In this document: positions 41,210-51,300 of the stretch, piece after piece | How the letters are laid out: the number at the start of each line of letters is the position of its first letter | How positions within the stretch are numbered: position 1 is the stretch's first letter | DNA from: Sedimentisphaerales bacterium | GTDB lineage: Bacteria; Planctomycetota; Phycisphaerae; Sedimentisphaerales; SM23-30 | Reading direction: 5' to 3' (one strand) | Assembly: GCA_963666285.1 (NCBI GenBank) | Contig: OY762711.1 | DNA: 64,000 nt | The notes under the pieces: model-generated | Databases searched by the model: none | Told to the model about the DNA's origin: nothing | What the model saw: only the letters and a program-made list of their open reading frames with translations | Program-made: the position numbers and the translations under genes

Positions 41210-41510
41210 ATTAACTTTTGATCTAAATCTCTCTAAAATAACTACTTATAATTGAATCAGCAAAAAATGTCTTTACAAATTTTCATAAAAACCTTCATAA
41301 ACCAGAAGTTATACTAATTCTGATCGTTATTTTTCTGCTTGATTAGAGCCCCGCTAGTTTACCTGTAATTGGGTATATAGTCAAATACTAATTAATATAG
41401 ATAAAAGCGATAGCCTGGTTTATATACCCTAAATAAAAGGGCCTACCAAAACATTATTATAGTAATCTTAAAATTAATGTCTCCTTTGATTAAGTTTTTA
41501 TATATAATTT

Positions 41511-41702
41511 GTTTACTTTTGCACTTTTCAAGTTGCAATAAACGCTAACAGGGCCTTCCTGCAACGCTTATGTTTTAAACAAAACGTGAGACGATAGTCG
41601 AACACCTTAATTTTTCATTTTTCACTATTCGTTTTTCACTTAATTGGCCCTGTTTCAGCCTTTGCGTGTAAACTTGAACAGTCAAAAGTACGATACCGTA
41701 CT
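41511..41702. repeat. Dispersed intergenic repeat, copy B, with long imperfect terminal inverted repeats
   Basis: TACTTTTG/CAAAAGTA, TTCAAGTT/AACTTGAA and AACAGGGCC/GGCCCTGTT nested pairs; aligns with 21976-22194. Confidence 0.85.
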
Positions 41703-41764
41703 AATTACGCAATCTAATATATTATATGTTCGATAATAACAATAATTTAGAAACTTAATCAAAA

Positions 41765-42385
41765 ATGACAGACAAAATAGAAGCGATAATATTCGATCTT
41801 GGCAGAGTTTTAGTTGATCTGGACTTGAAAAAAGGAATCTTCGGCCTTTTTGATCATTCAGATGATGATAGCTCTGAGATCATAGCAAAGATTATGGCCA
41901 ATCCAGCCGTTAAACTTCACAATACGGGTAAGATATCATCGGAAGAATTCTATCAGCGAATATGCCGGGATATGGAACTTGAGATGGATTTTGAAGAGTT
42001 CAGTACAAGATGGTGTGATATTTTTTCACCAGTACCTGAAATGGGTACATTAATAGAAAAACTGAGTAAAAAATATCAAATTGGTTTGCTCAGTGATACC
42101 GACCCGCTTCACTGGAATTATGTCAAGAATCGGTACGAATACCTGAAGTTATTCCCCAACCCGGCATTAAGCTATAAATTAGGTATTACCAAACCTGAAA
42201 AAGAAATTTATATTAAAGCCTGTGAACTGACCGGTAGCCAACCCGAAAACACGCTTTACATAGATGACCTGAAAGTAAATGTGGAAGGTGCAATCAGTGT
42301 AGGCATGAAAGCCTTTGTTCATACCGGACCTCAAGATACGATTAATGCCATCAATAATATACTTGGCAATGGTCTGGATGGATAA
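41765..42385 (+). CDS. HAD family phosphatase
   Basis: IIFDLGRVL, LSDT, KP..IY, YIDD. Confidence 0.92.
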   Translation: MTDKIEAIIFDLGRVLVDLDLKKGIFGLFDHSDDDSSEIIAKIMANPAVKLHNTGKISSEEFYQRICRDMELEMDFEEFSTRWCDIFSPVPEMGTLIEKLSKKYQIGLLSDTDPLHWNYVKNRYEYLKLFPNPALSYKLGITKPEKEIYIKACELTGSQPENTLYIDDLKVNVEGAISVGMKAFVHTGPQDTINAINNILGNGLDG

Positions 42386-42544
42386 TGTAAAACACTTGGT
42401 TGGGGCTTCACCTTATATGTAGGCCAATCTTTATTGTAAGCTAAAAGAGATTATTTGATTATGAACATCTTCACAGCTTATTTTTTCTGTCGACACCTTC
42501 CGGTACAACAAGAATGAAAAAATCTTTTAAGACGGAGCTGATAA

Positions 42545-43531
42545 ATGGGCATAGCAACTTCAGGCAATTCCAGACGCTGGAAAAAATACAGGGATATATT
42601 TCTACGCTCGATGGTGCCGGCACATATCAAGAGGCGATTTCGCAATCTTTCTACCGATCAGCTGAATTCACTAATACATATTTTATCTGAGTATCAACTG
42701 GCACCAGAAAAGACTGATGCAAGTACGATTGATTCTGCCGGTGATCAGTTATTAACTCGTCTTAACTATTGTCGCTTATCTATGATCCCGCTAGTCGATC
42801 ATGTAAAAAATTTAGATGGCTTGAAGGTCCTGGAAATTGGCTGCGGTACAGGAAGCTTCTCTGTTGCCCTTGCCGAACAGGGAGCAGAGGTATATGGCCT
42901 GGATATCGACCCGTCTTATGTTAAGATCGCACAAAAAAGATGTGAACTATACGGACTTAAAGCTGATTTGCGATCTGGAAATGCAACTGAGATAAAAGAG
43001 ATTTTTTCTGACGTAAAATTTGACCACATAATCTTCTATGCCTCGCTGGAACACATGACCACAACAGAAAGAATTTTGTCTATCAAGTACGCCTGGGAGA
43101 TGCTCGAAACCGGAGGACTTTTATCTGTTGCTGAAACTCCCAATAGATTATGGCTGACTGATTCACATACTTCTTTTCTGCCTTTTTTCCACTGGCTGCC
43201 TGACGATCTCGCCCTGCTCTACGCAAAACACAGTCCCAGGAAAGAAATTAACAACATACCTGATGAATTCAACCTGGATAATTGCACTAACCTTACTCGC
43301 AAAGGACGCGGAATAAGCTATCACGAATTTCATCTCGCAATTGGCAGCCTGGATAAACTTAACATAGTGAATAGCCTGCAGGAATACATGCAGCAGAAAA
43401 GCTTGATATATCGCTTCATAAGGAAATTTTCTTTACAATATCGGTTTGGACGAATGCTGATGATGTACGGCCCCGGAATCCACCTTGGATTTTACGAGCG
43501 TAATCTTTATTTCGTAATGCAAAAAAAATAA
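42545..43531 (+). CDS. Class I SAM-dependent methyltransferase
   Basis: VLEIGCGTG, GLDID, LEHM..L.TGG..ETPNR. Confidence 0.9.
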   Translation: MGIATSGNSRRWKKYRDIFLRSMVPAHIKRRFRNLSTDQLNSLIHILSEYQLAPEKTDASTIDSAGDQLLTRLNYCRLSMIPLVDHVKNLDGLKVLEIGCGTGSFSVALAEQGAEVYGLDIDPSYVKIAQKRCELYGLKADLRSGNATEIKEIFSDVKFDHIIFYASLEHMTTTERILSIKYAWEMLETGGLLSVAETPNRLWLTDSHTSFLPFFHWLPDDLALLYAKHSPRKEINNIPDEFNLDNCTNLTRKGRGISYHEFHLAIGSLDKLNIVNSLQEYMQQKSLIYRFIRKFSLQYRFGRMLMMYGPGIHLGFYERNLYFVMQKK

Positions 43532-43747
43532 TATTGGCGAATCCGTAAATTAATGCATCAGAAATAACTTCGCTTAGCTTGACTTCTCTAGCGAACAATC
43601 TGGCATACTCCTGAATTTGAATACCGCCAATTCGAGAATTTCACACCAGCGTTTTTGATAATTCCCTGAAAGGAACTTTGCGCGTAATGTTGAACTGGCA
43701 AAAGCTCAACTTGCATAAAATGCAAAGCTCACACCGATCCTCTTCTA

Positions 43748-46192
43748 TCATGCCTTATAAGAAACTGTAAGCCTGTTGGTTACCATAACCAGCTCCGGCA
43801 TGATAATATTAACTTTTTCGATATCATTTACTATGGCCGCTCTTTCCAATGAAAGAACAAGCTCTCGCAATTTTTTGAAACCGGCGCCGCCGGCAGAGTC
43901 ACGGAAATCAAAGGCCAGACGGGCAACATCTGCCATACTTCCTATATTTACCGCCTCTTTGATGTTTTTTACATATTCCGGAACCATCTCGATAAAACAA
44001 TCAACTATTTCAACCATTTCCGGATCGCCTGCCAGTGTAGAAACTTCAGGTTCAACATCAGTTGCCATCATATCCAGATCCGATGGTGTTATGCTAAAGA
44101 AATTATCCGCATCTATTTTACGGGCCGCTTCTATTTGTTCTCCTGTTATGGAAGAATATTCAATTGTGACTGAATCTAGTTCAGATTTCATTATCGGTTT
44201 ATACAATCTTCTTTTGCAGCCTATCATTTTACAGAGCTCTTCTGTATGTTCCTCATTATTCGTACTCATAGCTATTACCGGAATCTCTTTTGCTCGCTCT
44301 TCAACTAGTTTCAGTACGGTTTGGTCATACAGTTCCGGCAGCGTCACATCCAGTAGGATAAAATCATAACGATTGTTCAAAATTTTATCTAATGCTTCGC
44401 CGCCATTGTCAGTATATTCATAGCTGATATCCATATGGTCGAGATATCCATTGATAATATTCAGCTGGTGCTTGTCCTTTTCGACTACCAGCACTCCGCG
44501 AGATTCCTGCTGGCTGATCTGGCTGTCCTTTGTTTTTTGCTGAATCTTCTTATCTACCGGAATAGATACTGAAAATCTGGAACCCGCGCCAACTGTACTT
44601 TCCAGCTCGATTCTTCCGCCTAGTAAATCGACATACCTTTTTGCGACTGTTAAACCAAGACCCAAACCGTCATATTCCCTGGTACGGCTCATGTCTGCCT
44701 GGCTGAACGAATCAAAAATATTTTCTCTGACTGATTCATGAATGCCGATACCGGTATCAACTATTTCAAAATTAATAAACTGACATTCATTTGTTTTTCT
44801 CGCTGACAAAATTAATTCAACTCGGCCACGCTCGGTGTACTTTATCGCATTCTCTATAATATTGAATATCGCCTGCTTTAATTTCGGCAGATCGCTCCTG
44901 ATCTCATGCGGGCAATCTGCAGCACGGCTGATACGAAATTCCAAACCCTTTTCTTCCGCGGCATCTTTATACAGTACAATCACGTAATCTATAATATCAT
45001 CAACAGTAAACCATGATTTATTAATGGTGATAATATTTTTCTCGAGACGTGAAAACTCCAACACGTTATTAAGAACTTTTATCAGATCCTTTGTACAGCC
45101 GTAGATTGTATCTACATGTTCCTTCTGTTCGTCTGTCAGAGGTTCATCCAATAGCAACTGGGAAAAACCCAGTATGCCGTTTAACGGGGTGCGAAGCTCA
45201 TGACTCACATTTGCAAGAAAATCACTTTTAGCTTTGCTGGCGTCAAAAGCGTCCTGGGCGATCTGATTAGTATGAGAAACCACTTCTTCAAGATGCCTGT
45301 TTATCTCCATCATCTGTTTGTGGTCTGCTTTCGCTTTCTCCTGGGCACTCTTAATCATTTTTTCCATTTCATGACGCTCTGTCAGGTCGTCTATTGTAAG
45401 AACTACATGCCTCGCTCCATCAAGCATTACAGGTTTGATACTTACCCTCGCCCACATCTTGGTATCATATTTTTCATTACTGAACGACAACTCCATTTCT
45501 CGATGAAGTATACCTTTATTACTGGCAAATGCTTCTTCAACACTTTTCACCAAAGGACAGAATTTCCTATGTGACTCATCACCGCACGAACCTTCACATC
45601 TGACACTATGATAGCAATGGATAAACTCCCCGACTTTCAGGCCGGGCTTGAACTTGCCTATAACGCCTGACATATAAATAGCATATGTATTGGCCATCTT
45701 TACATACAGGTTCTCATCAACCAGCAGCATACCGACATGCTGACTTTGTGCCAGTGCCCGCATATAACGGTTTGTTACATTATTTTCATTGTCAAAACGC
45801 TGAAGATCATTGTAAAAACTAACGAGGTAGGGAACCAGTTCCTTACTTATCCTGTCCCGACAGACATATGCTGTTGCCCCTTGGCGAAGAGCCTCTATCC
45901 GATCGCATTCTCTCTGCTTTTCACATACCAGAACTAACGACGAATTACAACCCTGTTCGCGAGCTCGCCGGATAAGAATCATACCATTCTCATTGAAAAC
46001 GTTTTCATCTATCAGAAAGATTTGATATGTATTATGCACTATATCGTTAATGACTTGCTGGTATTCGCTACCAATATCAACGGTATTGACATATTCAACT
46101 GACGATAACAATTCCTTAAATTGTTCTGCCAGCTTAGAGTCTTCACTTACCACCATTATTTTTAAACTTTGCATTTCCATCAACCACCCCAA
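43748..46192 (-). CDS. Cytoplasmic hybrid histidine kinase (REC-PAS-HisKA-HATPase-REC-Hpt-like)
   Basis: FLANVSHELRTPLNG, NIIENAIKYT, DTGIGI, GLGLGL, YDFILLDVTLP; C-terminal Hpt-like helix bundle. Confidence 0.9.
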   Translation of the reverse strand: MGWLMEMQSLKIMVVSEDSKLAEQFKELLSSVEYVNTVDIGSEYQQVINDIVHNTYQIFLIDENVFNENGMILIRRAREQGCNSSLVLVCEKQRECDRIEALRQGATAYVCRDRISKELVPYLVSFYNDLQRFDNENNVTNRYMRALAQSQHVGMLLVDENLYVKMANTYAIYMSGVIGKFKPGLKVGEFIHCYHSVRCEGSCGDESHRKFCPLVKSVEEAFASNKGILHREMELSFSNEKYDTKMWARVSIKPVMLDGARHVVLTIDDLTERHEMEKMIKSAQEKAKADHKQMMEINRHLEEVVSHTNQIAQDAFDASKAKSDFLANVSHELRTPLNGILGFSQLLLDEPLTDEQKEHVDTIYGCTKDLIKVLNNVLEFSRLEKNIITINKSWFTVDDIIDYVIVLYKDAAEEKGLEFRISRAADCPHEIRSDLPKLKQAIFNIIENAIKYTERGRVELILSARKTNECQFINFEIVDTGIGIHESVRENIFDSFSQADMSRTREYDGLGLGLTVAKRYVDLLGGRIELESTVGAGSRFSVSIPVDKKIQQKTKDSQISQQESRGVLVVEKDKHQLNIINGYLDHMDISYEYTDNGGEALDKILNNRYDFILLDVTLPELYDQTVLKLVEERAKEIPVIAMSTNNEEHTEELCKMIGCKRRLYKPIMKSELDSVTIEYSSITGEQIEAARKIDADNFFSITPSDLDMMATDVEPEVSTLAGDPEMVEIVDCFIEMVPEYVKNIKEAVNIGSMADVARLAFDFRDSAGGAGFKKLRELVLSLERAAIVNDIEKVNIIMPELVMVTNRLTVSYKA

Positions 46193-46234
46193 GGGAAAAT
46201 GTAATTGTTCTACTTTTAATCCGCACTATAAATT

Positions 46235-47500
46235 TTATACTTTTTTATCGCGGGCACTATCCATTGCCGATACCAAAGCTTCTTTATCGACTGGCGTACA
46301 AATATAATCTGCCGCTCCCCGGACCAGCGCTTCACGACCGTACAATGGATTTTCCGCTATCGCTATTACGGTATTGGAATAGTACAATTCCAGAACCTTC
46401 ATAAATTCAAGCGGGTTTTCCGGATCGTAACTGGCAAATACCACTTCAAATTCTTCGATTCCATAACATTCACTAACGGCACTATTCTTACAATATACCA
46501 TGCCGTAACCGCATCCGGATAATGTTTCTTTGATTGTGTTCTGACTTAAATTATCGCCGCCAACCAGCAGCGCCTGGTGTTTATCAACCCTGTCATGACA
46601 TTTCAGCCTGTGCCCGATAATTGCAGATTCAACTGCATCTTCCAGGTAATCTTCGATCGCTTCCGGGGTAATACATTCATCTATCCCGGCACGGCTAAGC
46701 ATACGGCGGTCATCTTCATTATCTACAACGGCAATAGAGGCTAGCGATTCTGCCCGATAGCGAAACTGCCTGGTAAAATCTTTGTCATAGCGAAGCTTGG
46801 TGCCATTACACAAAATTGTTAACTGGGCATTAGTCTTGGCCGCACTTGTCAATGCCTGGTGAACGCTAAACATCTTTTTTACATTAAAACCATCACGACG
46901 TAGCTGTTTGTATATCTTATCATCTACATCGGATGTATTGTCGCTTACCAGTAATATCAACACCTGTTCACGGTTTTTTATGCTCCTGCGTATCTCACGT
47001 ATTTTATTGTCCTTGATGATTATTTTATTGGCATCCTGGTAGCCGATTGATTTACAGCCTACCTCGGTAATTTCATTTTTTTTAGGGCCCGTTACATCTT
47101 CCTTGATACGAACTACCTCTACAACCACTTCTTTATTTTTTCCGACCGGGGTTGCAAAATGAACCTTTATCAAACGGGATGGGATAAAATGTCCTTCAAC
47201 CTGCAAACAAAGGCCGCTCCTCGACACATCTTTGAGAGATGCCGTATATTCAACTCGTTCTCCTGACTTTACATCGGTCAGGCGGATAATCTCAGCCTCT
47301 GCATCATAGGGGATACGCTGCTCGTTTCGCTTGTTCTCCGGCTTGACGCCGCCTAGCTCAAGACTGACCAGCTGGACCAGCGACCCGGCATCGTCAACCA
47401 GCTGACGGATCTCACCTAACTCATCCTGGTCACAGGACTCCAATATCTTTCTTATCTCTTCCAGTTTTGAAAATGGCATTATGTTTTCTCCGTTTTCCAA
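46235..47500 (-). CDS. PilZ-domain protein with two receiver-like domains
   Basis: NKRNEQR (RxxxR) and DVSRSG (DxSxxG); C-terminal GAADYICTP. Confidence 0.75.
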   Translation of the reverse strand: MENGENIMPFSKLEEIRKILESCDQDELGEIRQLVDDAGSLVQLVSLELGGVKPENKRNEQRIPYDAEAEIIRLTDVKSGERVEYTASLKDVSRSGLCLQVEGHFIPSRLIKVHFATPVGKNKEVVVEVVRIKEDVTGPKKNEITEVGCKSIGYQDANKIIIKDNKIREIRRSIKNREQVLILLVSDNTSDVDDKIYKQLRRDGFNVKKMFSVHQALTSAAKTNAQLTILCNGTKLRYDKDFTRQFRYRAESLASIAVVDNEDDRRMLSRAGIDECITPEAIEDYLEDAVESAIIGHRLKCHDRVDKHQALLVGGDNLSQNTIKETLSGCGYGMVYCKNSAVSECYGIEEFEVVFASYDPENPLEFMKVLELYYSNTVIAIAENPLYGREALVRGAADYICTPVDKEALVSAMDSARDKKV

Positions 47501-47854
47501 CTATAAGTACAATGCTATGAAATTAGTTTCGGAATCTTACACTGACCACTGAATGAGATTATCCGACAATTAAGCTATTTTTAAATGTAGCCGTCCACGA
47601 TAACTTTCACAATCGATACAAACTATACAGAGTCCCATAAAATCACCTGCTTCAATACTAATCCGGCAATAATCACTTATAATTGCAGACTTCCCTGGCA
47701 TACAGTTTCTAACAGGCCAAATATGAAAGTCCAAAAAACTTACTACATGCCATAGTATAATTGTTTCCTCATAAATTCCCCCGATATTATTCCTACATAA
47801 CTAACTACAATATATATATTTAAATAATTATGGTTCGGTTTTAATATCAAAACC

Positions 47855-47906
47855 TACGAAACTTTTCGTGAATTAATTTGACTCTACGAACTTGTTCGTA
47901 TATATT
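47855..47906 (+). promoter_or_regulatory. Sigma70 promoter with two BlaI-type operator palindromes
   Basis: TACGAA-N4-TTCGTG (47855-47870) and TACGAA-N4-TTCGTA (47885-47900); TTGACT(47878)-N17-TATATT(47901). Confidence 0.75.
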
Positions 47907-47988
47907 TCATAATAGATCATTTGTCCAATAATAATGGCAATTGGCAGGACTGCACGCCAAACACAAATTTGAATTGAAAGGCAGCAAA

Positions 47989-48375
47989 ATGGTAAAGCAA
48001 AAGAATTATCAGCCTACCGACAGGGAACTACAGATACTCAGAATTCTATGGGATAACGGTCCGGCAACTGTCCGGGAAGTCAACCGCCAGATGAACGAAA
48101 TCGAAAAGACCGGATATACCACTACCCTCAAACTTATGCAGATAATGGTAGAAAAAGAACTGCTGGATCGCGATGACAGCCAGTTTAAACATATCTACAG
48201 CCCGGCGATCAGTGAAGAAAATACCCAAACTCAGGTAGTCGGCAACCTGGTAGACAAACTGTTCAGCGGTTCGGCTGAAAAACTTGTCATGCGGGCACTT
48301 TCTGCCAAAGAAGTTTCGCCCAAAGAATTGGCTAATATCAAAAAACTCATTAATGAAATAGAAGAAGGGAAATGA
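47989..48375 (+). CDS. BlaI/MecI/CopY family repressor
   Basis: PTDRELQILRILW..ATVREV..YTTTLKLMQIMVEK..KLFSGSA; likely ATG at 47989. Confidence 0.95.
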   Translation: MVKQKNYQPTDRELQILRILWDNGPATVREVNRQMNEIEKTGYTTTLKLMQIMVEKELLDRDDSQFKHIYSPAISEENTQTQVVGNLVDKLFSGSAEKLVMRALSAKEVSPKELANIKKLINEIEEGK

Positions 48376-51300
48376 TCATGGAATTATTACATAGCTTAAT
48401 TGAAGCTGAACTGACCCAAAGAATCGGATGGACTCTTATTCATTTTTTGTGGCAGGCGGCACTAATCGGCATCATCACAACTATCATTCTCAGCATCGCC
48501 AAAAAGAACTCTCCGGCAGCAAGATACCGAATTGCCTTTTCTTCGCTCTACATTATGGTACTGATTTCTCTTATTACTTTCAAATCGATTTCTATCGAAA
48601 TACCCGGCATTGATAACACAAACACTGCCGATATTGTACCGCTGGTAATTGCTGATGTACCGATAAATAATATTCCGGACAATGAAATTGTTCATCAAAC
48701 GCCCACACCGATCCAAATTACTACCGATAATAACACTAAAGAGTTTAAATTTGAAGCTCTAACACCCTATATCGCTCTTGCCTGGCTCGGCGGCATATCA
48801 ATTCTTAGCATCCTGCATATCGGCGGATGGTTCCAGCTCCAGAAATTACGTTGGCAAACCGTTAAACCCGTTGCAGAGTCTGTTAAATCGCAAATGAATG
48901 CATACGCAAAAACTCTAGGCATATCCAGGGCCGTTAACATCCTGGAATCGTCACTGGTACAGGTGCCAACTGTCATTGGACATTTCAAACCGATTATTCT
49001 GCTGCCCGCCAGTGTTATCTCCGGCATAAGCTCCGATCAGATCGCTTCACTGCTCGCCCATGAGCTGGCACATATCAAAAGAAACGACTATCTGGAAAAT
49101 ATCGTACAGACTGGTTTTGAAATTCTAGGCTTTTTCCATCCGGCCGTATGGTGGCTGTCTAAAAAAATACGTACCGAACGGGAAAACTGCTGCGACGACC
49201 TGGCTATCGAACTTTCCGGCAGCAGAATCGAATACGCCAAAGCTTTGACTGCTATGGAAGAATTACGCAGCAAACAATACAAACTCGCTGTCGCTGCTAC
49301 TGACGGTAACCTCTACTGCCGCATCCGAAGGCTGCTTATTGAAGACAAAAATAACGAAAGAATAACCTCCGGCATATATTCTGCCATGGCCACATTACTG
49401 ATTATGGGCATTATCCTCCCCTGCGCTTTCGCACTGGCGACAGCAACAGACGAAAAACCGGATGTTATGCCGGTCATTGTCGACGGTGCCCAATCTTATT
49501 ATGTGAACAAAAATGTGTCTGAGTTTACCGGACCAGAAGATCTTTCCACACCCGAAACCGCTTATGTCGCTATCTGTAAAGTACACACTGCTGACGATCC
49601 TAAAGAATGGAAACGACTAAGCGAAGAAAGAATTGCCAAGGCAATTGACACATCACGCAAACCCAACCCAAATCCAAACTGGGCAAACGTCTGCCTCCAC
49701 GCTAAAATCAGGGAAGTGCATATAAAAGATGATATGGCTTTGGTTGTTGCTGAATTACTGCAGGATTATTCCGACAAGCCTATCCGCAACCCTATCGACC
49801 TTCGCAGTTTTTCTTTCCAAAATGGTAAATGGCTCAATTCAGGTAACGGCAGAGTCAATACTATAGAGCAGGCGCGAGACGACTTCAAGCTGTCCTGCAA
49901 ACTAAAGGAAGAAGAGGCCAAACCGGTCTTCCAGCCTGAACCTGCCGAACAAATACAGGCTTACGAAGTACAAAAAAATGTATCTGAATATACCGGACCC
50001 GAAGATTTCTCCTCTCCTGAAACCGCTTACGTTGCCATAAATAGAGTTATGGCCACCGACAACACATCCGACTGGAAGCGGGTAAGCGTTCAAAAACTCG
50101 CAAAGGTTTTCTCGCCTTCCAGAAAAGCTAACCCGAATGCCAACTGGGCCAATGTAGTTTCCAACGCAAAAATTCACGGCGTTATTATAAACGGCAGCAA
50201 TGCCGTAGTAATTGCTGAATTCCTGCAGGAGTTCTCTGATAAAAAGATCTACCAGCCTATCGATGCCCGCTACCTCGAACTCGAAAACGGTAAATGGCTC
50301 AATACCGGCCAGGACAGGTTCAATTCTATCATAGAAGCGAAAGTTAAATTCAAAAATTTCATCGATAAGAATAAGCCAGACAACAAGCCCGGCCTGAATA
50401 TATTTATCGACCAGATCGATATCGACAATGACACACCCGCAGACATTATCAAAATTCTGGGCGAACCGGAAAAATATATGTGGGACAATCAAACGTTCAC
50501 CAAGGACAACCTGCCCGCTCGGTATGTAATGATTTACCCTATCCATCTAAACGTGTTCGTTACCAATAACTATATTGTAGAACTGCGAGTTGAAGGCCCC
50601 GGCGATTATATCTATGGCAACGCCCTGAAGTTCGGCTCTTCACTCGATGAAGTTATCAAAACGCTCGGCGATCCCGACGAAACTGTTACCGGGAAAGCCA
50701 ACAAATTCAAAAGCAATACGCTCTATAAAAATATCGACGGTCAGGATGGATACTGCTATTATGCCCGCGAAGATAAAAATATCAGGGTATGGCTCCGCAG
50801 CAACCTGGTAATGGCGATATATCTCACCAGGAGCGACTACAGCGACGGCGGCAGCGGCAGGAAAACATACTCCGCCGAAAATCTGCCGCCCAACAGTTTC
50901 ATCAACGAAGAAGGACACCTGGTCGATAAGGTTAACTACCCGTTTGAAACCGACCCCGCTGTTATCGGCAAATGGACCAGCGTTGATTTCGTCGACAACA
51001 TCGACCAGTTCAAACCAAAACGCAAACACTGGGGCGGCGAACTGTTTTTACAGAGTATTACATTCACTGATACCGGTGATGCAATATATAAACTGGACAA
51101 TAAGCAAAACACAAATATAGTTGTACATAAATGGACCAAAGGGCTGCTGCTCGGCACAAACACTGCCAGTAAATATACTGTCAAGGAAATCAACGGCGAG
51201 ACATACATGTTCTACGAATGGAAAAGCGGCGACTATACCATTCGTCATATGCACCCCTGCTATTATGTCCTCAAGAAGGATAAAAATAGTGGTATAGCTC

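Noticed and set aside
41540..41660. Integron attC site
   Set aside because: The ends do not match RYYYAAC/GTTRRRY, and there is no cassette array or integrase.
43676..43710. Possible dif site (TTTGCGCGTAATGTTGA...)
   Set aside because: Only the XerC-like arm resembles dif; there is no TTATGTTAAAT-like XerD arm.
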